In this document: positions 1 to 9,762 of the stretch, in pieces
Position numbering within the stretch: position 1 is the stretch's first letter
How the letters are laid out: every line of letters begins with the position of its first letter
Assembly: GCA_963826535.1 (NCBI GenBank)
Contig: CAWGXL010000011.1
Coordinates: forward strand, 64,809-128,808
Direction: 5' to 3'
DNA length: 64,000 nt
DNA from: an uncultured bacterium
GTDB lineage: Bacteria; Patescibacteriota; Microgenomatia; Levybacterales; UBA12049
Position numbers and translations under genes: made by a program
Notes under the pieces: model-generated
Told to the model about the DNA's origin: nothing
The model's input: the letters and a program-made list of their open reading frames with translations, nothing else
The model's database searches: none

Positions 1-484
1 TCAACAAGAAATTATCGAACAAATTAGTGACCTTTATCAACAAATGGGACGAATTCCTCTTAAAAGAGAATATCATCATGCAAGAGCCGCCCGTGAACGT
101 TTTGGCAGTTGGAACAATGCAATAAAAGCAGCAGGGTACAAACCCAATCCCGTTATGTTTGCTAGAAAGCATATCTCAAATGATGGGCATAAGTGTGATT
201 CATTGGCTGAAAAAATCATTGATGATTGGTTGTATAAGCGAAAAATTAATCATAAAAGGAGTATGGAGTATCCTGGAAATTCATTATTCACTGTAGATTT
301 TGTAGTCGGTGATTATTGGATTGAGTTTTTTGGCTTATCTGGCGAACATAAAAGATATGATGAGTTGTTGAAGGAAAAAATAGAATTGGCAAAACAGTAT
401 CATCTGAAATTAATCCAAATTTATCCGCACCACCTCTTTCCAAAAAACCAACTTGCTCAAATTTTGCCGCCAATTCAAAAATAA
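1..484 (+). CDS. Homing-endonuclease-associated repeat plus restriction-endonuclease-like (DUF559/Vsr-like) domain protein, 5' partial
   Basis: ORF is open from nt 2 with no upstream stop. Motif LGRIPLKREY...RFGSWNNAIKAAGY matches the homing-endonuclease-associated repeat pattern. C-terminal TVDFVV...EFFG...KxxY resembles a PD-(D/E)XK/Vsr-like fold. Confidence 0.45.
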   Translation, partial: QQEIIEQISDLYQQMGRIPLKREYHHARAARERFGSWNNAIKAAGYKPNPVMFARKHISNDGHKCDSLAEKIIDDWLYKRKINHKRSMEYPGNSLFTVDFVVGDYWIEFFGLSGEHKRYDELLKEKIELAKQYHLKLIQIYPHHLFPKNQLAQILPPIQK

Positions 485-919
485 TTGTGAGAGTTCGATT
501 CTCAACACCCCGACAAAAAATAGCTTCTATGTTATTTTATCGATAAAGTTACTTCTTGGCTTTGGACCTTTGATCCCATGTTTCTCACGAAATGAATCAT
601 CGCACATTGGATCCTCTCCTAATAGTGTTTTTAGGCCCGTGATAGGCGTTGTAAAATATCTAACCGCATCACCCACTGGATCAGGTTCTCTCCATTTTGT
701 TTCTTTATTCATATATCTCACCCCCTCTAATTTTATATTCACGATGGATTCTACCATCTTTTTAATAGATCAGCAAATTAAACTAACGGTTGCGTGGGGC
801 ACTTTTTTTTCCTAAATTTCTATTAACAGAACGTTCTCAAGCGCTTGTCTTTCCATAAAGGTTTTACTAAGTCAAAGGCTGTTTGATGTTTTTCCACAAG
901 GATATGTTTGGTTAAATTT

Positions 920-1192
920 TTAATTCCTCTTTTTTCCCGACTGTAAATGTCCCTCAGTCATTGCCAAAAGTTTTCCCATTTCAGCGAGAAATTTTTTAGC
1001 ATGTGATCTGCTCATGCCTATGCGGGCAACAATCCGGACCTGGTTTGTGTTAAATACTTTTTGTCCGATATCAAGCACAATCCCGTCTTCATTGGCGTTC
1101 ATAAAAACATTATCCGTATAGACGATTGGTGTTGTATCTAAATTAATATTTAATCCGACTTGTTGGCCTTGTTTTGGTTTAACTTTGTCCAT
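920..1192 (-). CDS. DUF3467 family small protein
   Basis: 90 aa. Layout (N-terminal K/Q-rich, NINLD...VFxNxxE, central hydrophobic core) is typical of DUF3467 proteins common in CPR genomes. Confidence 0.5.
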   Translation of the reverse strand: MDKVKPKQGQQVGLNINLDTTPIVYTDNVFMNANEDGIVLDIGQKVFNTNQVRIVARIGMSRSHAKKFLAEMGKLLAMTEGHLQSGKKRN

Positions 1193-1348
1193 CCCTTCTC
1201 ACCTCCTTCTACGATTATAATCGAGGCTTTCCTTATTGACAATATTATAAAATTTTTGTTAACCTGAATATATATTGTAATTTTTTAAGCTTTATTTTAG
1301 CTTTAAACGAGGTCGAATATTTCGGGCCACATTATAGTATTTATTTTT

Positions 1349-3169
1349 ATGGTTAAGATAGTTGGTATTGCTCAAAAAGATGACGAAGTTATTCTGTATT
1401 ATTCTTTTCAGAGGGGCGGGATAACATTCTTTAAAGAAGTTTCTAGTAAAGATGGATTTTCGTTTGAGGGAAAATCAAATTATATTATCGTAACCGATGA
1501 AAAGAATAAAGAAGATAAGAATTATAAATGGAAGAATATCAAATCCGTAAAGCAAAAAGAAAACTATTATGTTACTTATACGCTTGAGGGAAAAGCAAGT
1601 ACTGAAGCAAACGTGGCTGTTTCACACGACCTTATCCGCTTTACAAAGATAGGAAAAATATCTGCAATTAAAGGTGAATACGCGGTTGTACCACAAATGA
1701 AGTTTAGAAATAGGTTTGTCTGTTATTTTGGCGAGAAAACAATTCAATTAGCATATTCCGGAGACTTTAAAACATGGAAGCTACAAGAAAAAGTTCTTCT
1801 TGAACCTAGAAACGAATTTTTTGATGACACTAATTTAGAAGTCGGCGGTGTATTTACAGAGCAGAATCATATTCTGTTAATTTACTATGTAAAAAAACGG
1901 GATGGTAATTCTATTCGCTACGAAGTGGGAGCGGCTACTTTTAATAAAAAAAATCCAATGGAATTGTTAGATCGAGCTGACGAGCCTATTTGGCAGATCC
2001 CAGAGCAAATGCATACCAAAAAAATAGAGCCTCTTGGTTGTGTATTATTGAAAGATCAATTGATTTTATACTGGCTATTGGGTGAAGATAATATTTATGC
2101 TGTATCATGTCCGGTTCCATTTAAACAAGCAGGTTTAAAAAATAAAATTTTTGCGACACTTAATCGTTTTAAAAATAACCCCATTATCAAGCCGATTTCG
2201 CATCATCCCTGGGAATCCCGAGCTACTTTTAATACAGCAGCTATTTACGCAGACGGTAAAGTGCATTTTGTTTACCGGGCGCTGGGAGATAGCGACTTAT
2301 CGGTATTAGGCTATGCCAGCAGCAAGGACGGAGTGAATATTGATGAGCGGTCAGACTCGCCGATTTATATTCCCCGGGAACCTTTTGAAACTCCGGGACA
2401 GGGTGTACTGGCAAGTATTGCTGACCATTATGCTTGTGGAGGCGGTTATGGAGGCGTGGAGGATCCAAGAATTACGAAAGTTGATGATAAGTTTTATATG
2501 ACATATGTTGCCTTTGATGGCGCAAACCCTCCGCGGGTGGCGCTAACTTCAATAAAGGTAGATGATTTTCTAGGTAAAAAGTGGGATAAATGGGAACGGC
2601 CGAAGCTTATTTCCGCACCGGGCATGGTGAATAAAAACGCGGTTATTTTTCCTGAGAAAGTAAATGGGAAATATGTGGTATTTCATAGAGTATTTCCTAA
2701 TGTTCTAATTGACTTTGTTGATGATTTGAATTTTGATGATTATCTTAAAGGTCAGTATGTTATCACGCCTCGAAAAGGACATTGGGATAGTAAAAAAATC
2801 GGCGCGGGAGCACCCCCAATAAAAACAAAAGACGGATGGCTATTTATATATCAGGCAGTTGGCCAGCATGACTCAAGTAAATATAAAATAGGAGCTATGT
2901 TACTCGATTCCCAAGACCCGACGAAGGTTCTATATCGCTGTAATAAACCGCTTATTACGCCTGATATGGCCTATGAAAATGACGGGCATAAAGCCGGAGT
3001 TGTATATCCATGCGGAGCAGTTGTGAAGGACAATAATCTCATTGTCTATTATGGAGGAGCAGATACGGTTACATGTGCAGCTTCGGAAAATTTAGATAAA
3101 TTCTTGTATGAATTGAAACATAGTCATGAACCAAAACTCCATCGCGTAAGAAGTCAGTTATTTAATTAA
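1349..3169 (+). CDS. Two-domain glycoside hydrolase family 130 (DUF377) protein, beta-mannoside phosphorylase/hydrolase-like
   Basis: Two tandem GH130 modules, each with GxEDPRIT, YYGGAD and PPIKTKDGWL motifs. 606 aa. Confidence 0.7.
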   Translation: MVKIVGIAQKDDEVILYYSFQRGGITFFKEVSSKDGFSFEGKSNYIIVTDEKNKEDKNYKWKNIKSVKQKENYYVTYTLEGKASTEANVAVSHDLIRFTKIGKISAIKGEYAVVPQMKFRNRFVCYFGEKTIQLAYSGDFKTWKLQEKVLLEPRNEFFDDTNLEVGGVFTEQNHILLIYYVKKRDGNSIRYEVGAATFNKKNPMELLDRADEPIWQIPEQMHTKKIEPLGCVLLKDQLILYWLLGEDNIYAVSCPVPFKQAGLKNKIFATLNRFKNNPIIKPISHHPWESRATFNTAAIYADGKVHFVYRALGDSDLSVLGYASSKDGVNIDERSDSPIYIPREPFETPGQGVLASIADHYACGGGYGGVEDPRITKVDDKFYMTYVAFDGANPPRVALTSIKVDDFLGKKWDKWERPKLISAPGMVNKNAVIFPEKVNGKYVVFHRVFPNVLIDFVDDLNFDDYLKGQYVITPRKGHWDSKKIGAGAPPIKTKDGWLFIYQAVGQHDSSKYKIGAMLLDSQDPTKVLYRCNKPLITPDMAYENDGHKAGVVYPCGAVVKDNNLIVYYGGADTVTCAASENLDKFLYELKHSHEPKLHRVRSQLFN

Positions 3170-3172
3170 GCA

Positions 3173-5107
3173 ATGATACAACTGCAACGTTTTTCCGGAA
3201 ATCCAATATTTTTACCTAATGCTGAGAACTCATGGGAACATGAAGCCACTTTCAATGGCTGTGTTGTTAAAAAGGATAAGACTTATCATATGGTTTACCG
3301 CGCGCTCTCCGAGACCCAAAATTATCAGGGAACCTCTATGAAAGTTTCTTCTATAGGATACGCTCAAAGTCCTGACGGACACAATTTTGGTTCCCGCAAA
3401 CTCCTTTTTTCCCCTACGGAAGAATGGGAAATATATGGTTGTGAAGATCCTAGAATTACCTATTTTGATGGGAATTATTATATCTTTTATACCGCTCTGT
3501 CTGTTTTCCCTTTTACAGCATATGGTATAAAGTTAGGCTTGGCTAAAACTAAAGATTTTAAGACATTCGAAAAACATCCTGTTACTACTTTTAATTCAAA
3601 AGCTATGGGGCTTTTTCCTGAAAAAGTGGGGGGTAAAATGGGGGCATTACTTACAGCACACACTGATCTTCACCCGGCAAAAATCGCATTGGCTCTCTTT
3701 GACCGGGAAGAAGATATGTGGTCGCCATATTTTTGGGAAGATTGGTATGAAAATATTAATGAACACATTATTCATCTCCTGCGTGATCTGCGTGATCAAA
3801 TAGAGCTAGGTGCCCCCCCGATTAAAACAAAAGACGGATGGCTTGTAATTTATTCTTATATTAAAAATTATCTGTCTGAAAATAAAAATTTTGGGATTGA
3901 AGCGGTATTACTGGATGGAGATGATCCGAGAAAAGTTCTTGGCAGAACAGAATATCCCATTTTGATTCCTGAGGCTGAATATGAATTGAAGGGTGAGGTA
4001 TCGAATGTTGTTTTCCCTTCGGGAGCTTTGGTGGAGAATGACACGCTCTCAGTTTATTATGGGGCGGCAGATACAAGGATCTGTGTTGCCACTTGTTCTT
4101 TATCCGTATTACTGGATAGTATACGTCCGGAAAAAAAATCGTTCAGTATAAATTATAATGAACATGAAGGTAAATTAGTTCGCTTTGAAGGTAATCCAAT
4201 TATTAGTCCTGTATTGGAACTGGATTGGCAAGCCAGTGGTACTTTTAATCCGGCGGCAATTTATGAAGACGGGAAAGCACATATTCTCTATCGGGCTCAA
4301 TCAAGAGATGGTACTTCGACTTTTGGCTATGCTTCAAGCCGCGACGGGCTTCATATTGATGAGAATCTAGATTATCCTGTGTATTTCCCGCGTGTTGATT
4401 TTGAAAAAAAACCACATCCTTTTGGCAATTCCGGCTGTGAAGATCCGCGTCTTACTAAGATCGGAAACCGTTATTATGTACTATATACAGCTTATAACGG
4501 TGTTAGTTCGCCACGAGTCGCGCTTTCTTCTATAGGCGTTGATGATTTTTTAGCAAAGCGCTGGAATTGGGATCTGCCAAAACTTATTTCGCTTCAGGGA
4601 GTTGACGACAAAGATGCTTGTGTTGTTGAAGGAAAAACGAAAAATACTTATATTTGGTTTCACCGGTTGGGTGACTCTATTTGGATCGAAATTACAGATC
4701 ACATAAATCTTGATGAGAATAATGCGCTTGCCGGAAGCGTTCTTGTCTATCCCAGACCCGATAAATGGGATAGTCTCAAACTTGGCATTGCGGGGCCACC
4801 ATTTGAGACAAAGGAGGGTTGGTTACTTCTTTATCATGGTGTGTCAAAGGAGGGTTCCGTATATAAAGTCGGTACGTTACTTTTGGACTTGCATAATCCT
4901 ACAAAGGTTCTGGCGAGAATTGATGAGCCTATTTTTGAGCCGGAAATGCCTTATGAGCTTGAAGGGCAAATTCCAAACGTTGTTTTTCCCTGCGGTCAGG
5001 TTATTATTAAAGACATGCTGTATGTTTATTATGGAGGAGGAGATAAAGTTGTTGGTGTAGCGACAAGCCCAGTTGAGAATTTGCTAAAAAAACTTTTGAA
5101 GAGATAA
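3173..5107 (+). CDS. Two-domain glycoside hydrolase family 130 (DUF377) protein, paralog of the upstream gene
   Basis: GCEDPRITYFDGNYYIFYTA, YYGAADT and GAPPIKTKDGWL repeated twice. 3-nt spacing from the upstream paralog implies an operon. Confidence 0.7.
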   Translation: MIQLQRFSGNPIFLPNAENSWEHEATFNGCVVKKDKTYHMVYRALSETQNYQGTSMKVSSIGYAQSPDGHNFGSRKLLFSPTEEWEIYGCEDPRITYFDGNYYIFYTALSVFPFTAYGIKLGLAKTKDFKTFEKHPVTTFNSKAMGLFPEKVGGKMGALLTAHTDLHPAKIALALFDREEDMWSPYFWEDWYENINEHIIHLLRDLRDQIELGAPPIKTKDGWLVIYSYIKNYLSENKNFGIEAVLLDGDDPRKVLGRTEYPILIPEAEYELKGEVSNVVFPSGALVENDTLSVYYGAADTRICVATCSLSVLLDSIRPEKKSFSINYNEHEGKLVRFEGNPIISPVLELDWQASGTFNPAAIYEDGKAHILYRAQSRDGTSTFGYASSRDGLHIDENLDYPVYFPRVDFEKKPHPFGNSGCEDPRLTKIGNRYYVLYTAYNGVSSPRVALSSIGVDDFLAKRWNWDLPKLISLQGVDDKDACVVEGKTKNTYIWFHRLGDSIWIEITDHINLDENNALAGSVLVYPRPDKWDSLKLGIAGPPFETKEGWLLLYHGVSKEGSVYKVGTLLLDLHNPTKVLARIDEPIFEPEMPYELEGQIPNVVFPCGQVIIKDMLYVYYGGGDKVVGVATSPVENLLKKLLKR

Positions 5108-5143
5108 CTATCCCCTTTCGTGTTATAATTTGCAGTTAGAATT

Positions 5144-6055
5144 ATGACATTTCTTGAAAAATATCAACTTCTGAAAAAATCTGTTCCCGTTCAGTCGGTG
5201 ATGATTAGAGAGGGTACAATTGAATGTGAGTATGTGGATTTACTTACTAACAGCAGAAATTGCAACTATTGCTTCGATTCATCTTATCTTATAGATAGTA
5301 TTTATACTTCTGTTGGAGCGTGGAGTAAGAAACTAGTAGATTGTACTTTTGTAACAGAATCGGAAAAGTGTTACAAATGTATTGATTCCAATAAATGTTA
5401 TAACTGTACCTATTTGATGGATTGCAATAGTTGTACAGATTGTCATTTCTCTGCCTTTTTAAACTCGTCCTCTGATTGCTTCGGCTGCGTTAGTCTGACT
5501 CATAAGAAACATTGTCTCTTTAATAAGCAATACACCAAAGAGGGGTATTTTAAAAAATTAAATGAGTTGAAAAAAGAAAGTCCGGAAAAGATATTTGCTC
5601 AAATGCTTGAGTTAAAAAAACAGATACCGCATCCAGCAAGTCAGCAAAAAAATAATGAGAATTGTCCTTATGGTGATTATATATATGATTCAAAAAATAG
5701 TTTCTGGTGTTTTAATAGCTACTCCGTTGAAAATTCTGGCTATACCTTTAGTAGTGTGAACGCAAAGAATTGCTGGGATATATGGTGGTCAGGAAGTGGG
5801 GATAAAAAACTTATTGCAGAGCGATGTTATGAATTAGTTGATTCAGGACGTTCTACTTATGATTGTGCCTTTTTAGCATATTGTTTATTTTGTATGAACT
5901 GCTACTACGGTGCATACCTCAAGAACTGTACAGACTGCTTCGGTTGCGTGGGGTTAACAAATAAAAATACTGCGTTTTAAATAACCAACTAACTAAAGTC
6001 CAGTACGAAAAAGCAGTAAGAGATTTTAAGAGAGAACTTGGGTGGAAATTTTAAG
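5144..6055 (+). pseudogene. Cysteine-rich MTFLEKY-family paralog, frameshifted near the 3' end
   Basis: 278-aa ORF ends at GLTNKNTAF*. The conserved family C-terminus (YCVLNNQLTKVQYEKAVRDFKRELGWKF) continues in the +1 frame to about 6055. This is consistent with a 1-nt deletion relative to paralogs (aataaaaagtactg). Confidence 0.6.
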
Positions 6056-6083
6056 TGTATAAGTTTGAATGAATTAAGTTGGA

Positions 6084-6635
6084 CTAAATAGGATCGTCTT
6101 TTAATCTTAGGAGCCATCCGATAAAAGTTGACAATGGATGGAGAAAGAACCAAATAATAAAAAGTATTAGATATAACTCCATACTTAACCTTATATATAG
6201 AGCAGTAAAGAATATGCCTCCTAGGATATAATCAATTTGATCTGCAGGGAACCATGATTTACCGGAGGGAATTTTCAGTTGTCTTTTTAAAAAGCTTTTG
6301 AGAGCATCTCCGAATAACGCACCAAAAGAAGCCAGAAATCCAAAATAAATCGGATTTATAGTATTGTAATTAACAAAAGATACATCTCTGAAAAATTGAA
6401 AGTTATTATATAAAATCGTTTGTAAATATACTGTCACAATACCCGCCACAATTCCAGCTATAAGACCACGTATTGTTTTATGATCGCCCAATATTCTTCG
6501 TTGACGGAACTTCTTATAGAAATCCATTGGATAAGAAAGCTTTTCCAAAACGGGAATCTTTCTCGCAAGAATAGGGGCCAAGTTTCCGAGTCCGGCCGGA
6601 AGAAAGAACCATAGAACAGAGAGGATGATTTTCAT
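6084..6635 (-). CDS. CdsA/CarS-like CTP-transferase family integral membrane protein (CDP-alcohol/CDP-archaeol synthase-like)
   Basis: 183 aa with 5-6 TM helices. GDHKTIRG motif resembles the KTxEG/KTxRG signature of phosphatidate cytidylyltransferase and DUF46 enzymes. Confidence 0.4.
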   Translation of the reverse strand: MKIILSVLWFFLPAGLGNLAPILARKIPVLEKLSYPMDFYKKFRQRRILGDHKTIRGLIAGIVAGIVTVYLQTILYNNFQFFRDVSFVNYNTINPIYFGFLASFGALFGDALKSFLKRQLKIPSGKSWFPADQIDYILGGIFFTALYIRLSMELYLILFIIWFFLHPLSTFIGWLLRLKDDPI

Positions 6636-6805
6636 AACTTAACTATATACTAAATGAGGTGCATTTTATACCCCTATGCTTTCAATATATAATAAGTATA
6701 ATACCTAACGAAGTCCTGCTAGGCGGCGCGGTATAAATCCTTCTGTGGTTTTATTGATAGATATAGTATAATAAACCCGATAATCTTACTTAGAGTTTTA
6801 AACTT

Positions 6806-7381
6806 ATGAAAAAAGTAATTATTGGAATAATAGGAATAATTCTGTTTCTCTTCGGTATCGTAACTTTTTTTAATATATCCAAGGAAGAATCACAGGCTCT
6901 GTCATTGGATAGCGAAAAGGAAATATTTGCTATGATGGATGAAAATAGCCCTCCTCCTTGTTCCTGGGAAGTGAAACCGCCGGAGCGCGTTATGGCTGAA
7001 GATAAATCCCAAGCAATTGTTATTCAAACAACAAATTCGGAGAAAAAGCAATGCGAATCATTCCTAACACTTCGAGCGCCGGGTTTTGAATTGAGCCCTC
7101 CCAAAGAAGAGCAAGCTATAAAATTACCGGCGAAAGGAAAAGGATCGCTTTCGTGGATTCTTACTCCGCACAGAGCCGGAACATTTGAAATCGCGGTCTC
7201 CGATATTATTAATACAAAGGTTTTAGGGATTACGGTAACTAATATATTTGGACTTACTGCTATTCAGGCGAAATTTTCTTCTATACTCTTCAGCCTCTTT
7301 GGCCCAATGCTGACAGTCCCCTGGTGGTGGGATAAATTGCGCCAAAGAAAACAGAAACAAGAGCTTCAGAAAGATGGATAA
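6806..7381 (+). CDS. Hypothetical membrane-anchored protein
   Basis: N-terminal TM/signal anchor, C-terminal hydrophobic helix with WWW. No recognisable domain. Confidence 0.4.
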   Translation: MKKVIIGIIGIILFLFGIVTFFNISKEESQALSLDSEKEIFAMMDENSPPPCSWEVKPPERVMAEDKSQAIVIQTTNSEKKQCESFLTLRAPGFELSPPKEEQAIKLPAKGKGSLSWILTPHRAGTFEIAVSDIINTKVLGITVTNIFGLTAIQAKFSSILFSLFGPMLTVPWWWDKLRQRKQKQELQKDG

Positions 7382-7397
7382 GAAACAAACAAAAGAA

Positions 7398-7685
7398 TTA
7401 AGCTCCAGCGGGATGGATGTTTTTCCTATTAATTTTCTCCATAATCCACATTCTAATCAATTGCGTTGGCCCCAATCCTTTTTCTTTTGCTTCATTTCTA
7501 ACAACATTAAGAGTTTGGGAATCTAAACGGATATTTATTGTTTCTGATAAGTTTTTAGCAAACCTAACTTTTACGGGCTTACCAGCTTTCCAAGCATTAT
7601 CAAAATTTTCTTCCCAAAACTTTGCTTCTTTTTCTCTGTCTTTAAATATTGATTCATTTGGTACAGACTGTTTTGTTTTTTTCAT
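7398..7685 (-). CDS. brnA: BrnA-like antitoxin (CopG/RHH-like C-terminus)
   Basis: 95 aa. Ends with the GKPVKVRFAKNLSETINIRLDSQTLNVVRNEAKEKGLGPTQLIRMWIMEKI pattern typical of BrnA. 3-nt gap to brnT. Confidence 0.55.
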   Translation of the reverse strand: MKKTKQSVPNESIFKDREKEAKFWEENFDNAWKAGKPVKVRFAKNLSETINIRLDSQTLNVVRNEAKEKGLGPTQLIRMWIMEKINRKNIHPAGA

Positions 7686-7687
7686 CT

Positions 7688-7948
7688 TTACACCTCCTTT
7701 TCAAATGCTGTAATTACGTAATAGATACCTTTATCATAAGGCTTTAAATTTCTGTCCTCAGGCGAAAGTACAATCGCTATCTTCTTACCTCTTTTTGTTT
7801 TCCCAACGACCAAAACTCGCTTTCTATAACTTTCAGTTATTGAATACTTACTGTTGCAAACTCCTTCAACTTCCTCAGGTGAAATATTATGTCCTGCAAG
7901 ATGATTTTTATTCCATTCATCCCACACAAGACCATTCACCACAATCAT
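7688..7948 (-). CDS. brnT: BrnT-like toxin (DUF497) of a type II TA pair; ORF extends to 8101 but the family start is probably the internal Met
   Basis: LVWDEWNKNHLAGHNISPEEVEGV matches the BrnT FEWDxxKNxxNxxKHGISFEEA N-terminal signature. Immediately upstream of and co-oriented with the BrnA-like gene. Confidence 0.55.
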   Translation of the reverse strand: MIVVNGLVWDEWNKNHLAGHNISPEEVEGVCNSKYSITESYRKRVLVVGKTKRGKKIAIVLSPEDRNLKPYDKGIYYVITAFEKEV

Positions 7949-8116
7949 ATTTTTTCTTATTGTAGCATGATGTGGCACAAAGTCAAGAAAATTTACAGAA
8001 TGTTTTCTCAAGATGAGCTTGCAATCGCTCCCATCAGAGTGAGAAAATAAAAGTCTGAAATGATTATTAGAAATTACAAAAATCAATCTGGCAAAAAGCA
8101 ATAAATTTGGGCGATA

Positions 8117-9028
8117 TTAGCTAATGAACGGCTGGTAGAAGGTGTCTATATTTTCTTTACTGTTACGAAGAAATGTCAATTGGTGAGGAAGAATTTCTAC
8201 TTCAAATATCTGAGTACTGATTGCAGGATCTCCATCAATTTGTACAAAAGGCTCTCCTTCGATACGAATATGTTTTGCTTTGAAATGTACTTTACCAAGT
8301 TCAGAGTAAAACGGATGCTTGAATCCTTTAAGCCTCAGATTGGTAAGATACGCGTATTTGGTAGAAAATACTGTGCAATCAAGTAGGCCATCATTGAGTT
8401 TAGCCGCCTGTGCAACCACATAATTTTGTCCAATAATTGGACAATTAGCAATTACAAGTGAAGAGGCGGTTGCGTTGAGACTAACCGTCCGATCAATTGT
8501 AAATTTCATTTCTGTCTCAGGATGCATAAAAAATCCCCTAATCGCTGATAGCAAATATGAACGAAGTCCAATATAACGAAAATTATCGCGGATATGAATT
8601 ATTCTGGCATCATAACCCACACTTATATTGAAGATGCCAATCTCCTTTTGCGGGAGGTTTGTTTTTAAAATATCTATGGTGATAGTATTTGGTTTTTTAG
8701 TTAATACATTTACGGCTTTCTCAATACTTTCAACACCAAGACAATAAGCCAGCGCGTTGCCGTATCCAAATGGCAAAATAGTAAGTAATGGCTTCTGGTG
8801 TAATTTTAATACGGTATTGCAGACAGCATTAATTGTCCCATCTCCGCCGGCGACGGCGATTATTTTTGGCTTATGATCATTTATAATTTTTGTAAAATCA
8901 CTTTCAGCAGTCACTTCAACTGGCGGGCTCGAAATGGATTGGAAACGTTTGGTAAATTTTTGCCATTTATTTTTGGCACGGCCTTCATCGGAATGCGGAT
9001 TGAGAAGATACAAAATATTATCAGACAT
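8117..9028 (-). CDS. Diacylglycerol/lipid kinase catalytic-domain protein (YegS/BmrU-like)
   Basis: KIIAVAGGDGTINAV is the DAGK_cat ATP-binding motif. 303 aa. Confidence 0.65.
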   Translation of the reverse strand: MSDNILYLLNPHSDEGRAKNKWQKFTKRFQSISSPPVEVTAESDFTKIINDHKPKIIAVAGGDGTINAVCNTVLKLHQKPLLTILPFGYGNALAYCLGVESIEKAVNVLTKKPNTITIDILKTNLPQKEIGIFNISVGYDARIIHIRDNFRYIGLRSYLLSAIRGFFMHPETEMKFTIDRTVSLNATASSLVIANCPIIGQNYVVAQAAKLNDGLLDCTVFSTKYAYLTNLRLKGFKHPFYSELGKVHFKAKHIRIEGEPFVQIDGDPAISTQIFEVEILPHQLTFLRNSKENIDTFYQPFIS

Positions 9029-9683
9029 AGTTAAAAAATTTATGTTTTATTCTGTTTATAGCCGGACATAGATATGAAATTGGGGAGGAGTACTGCTTAA
9101 TTAGGTTGCCCTTACTTATTAAACTAACCAGACTTTTCATAGTTGGCATTTCATTTATTAACACATACGAGCTACCCATCGCCATTAGACAATGCGAGTC
9201 ACTTGCTGCAGCTATTGCTTTTTCGTTTTTTTGAGCAAACGCCAATGCTTGTGTTGATTTTCCTCTCCATTTAGACCTAGCGTTGAAGACTTCAACGATA
9301 TCAATTGCCGGAATTATTCTTTTTAAAGTATCTATTTTTAATCCTTGTCGTAAAATTTCAAAAGGATGAGGAATATAAACTGTACCACCCTGATCATGGA
9401 TCAATTTAGCTGTATGTAACGCCGGTAAATTATTTGGAACAGTTTTTTGTAAAAATAATCCGATTATTTCTCCTTCAATTGTTGAGATTTCTTCTCCTAC
9501 TATAATTTTCGGTCCAAGTTCCGCAGCCATCTCAAGCGCAAATTTTGTTTCGTTATGATCTGTTATTGCAATACAATCCAGCTTTTCTTTTTCGAGTAGC
9601 GAGGCATATTGATCACGGGATATCCCGCCGTCCGGCGATAAGATTGAATGGGTATGCAAGTCTACTTTGTACTGTTTACTCAT
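9021..9683 (-). CDS. PHP-domain metal-dependent phosphoesterase
   Basis: N-terminal VDLHTHSILSPDG and DHNE motifs are PHP family histidine/aspartate ligands. Overlaps the lipid kinase gene by 8 nt, suggesting an operon. Confidence 0.6.
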   Translation of the reverse strand: MSKQYKVDLHTHSILSPDGGISRDQYASLLEKEKLDCIAITDHNETKFALEMAAELGPKIIVGEEISTIEGEIIGLFLQKTVPNNLPALHTAKLIHDQGGTVYIPHPFEILRQGLKIDTLKRIIPAIDIVEVFNARSKWRGKSTQALAFAQKNEKAIAAASDSHCLMAMGSSYVLINEMPTMKSLVSLISKGNLIKQYSSPISYLCPAINRIKHKFFNYV

Positions 9684-9762
9684 GTTAAGTTCAATTAAAG
9701 TATACCACCACTTCTGATTTTTTGTCTTTGTAATCTAGATTATATATTTTTATAAATTTCTC

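Noticed and set aside
492-520. tRNA-like T-arm sequence gagagttcgattctcaacacccc just after the first ORF
   Set aside because: No complementary acceptor stem, D-arm or anticodon arm could be built. It is an isolated GTTCGATTC match only.
1193-1348. Promoter call for the GH130 operon (TTGACA at about 1237)
   Set aside because: No correctly spaced -10 hexamer could be paired with it in the AT-rich region. It is left unannotated.
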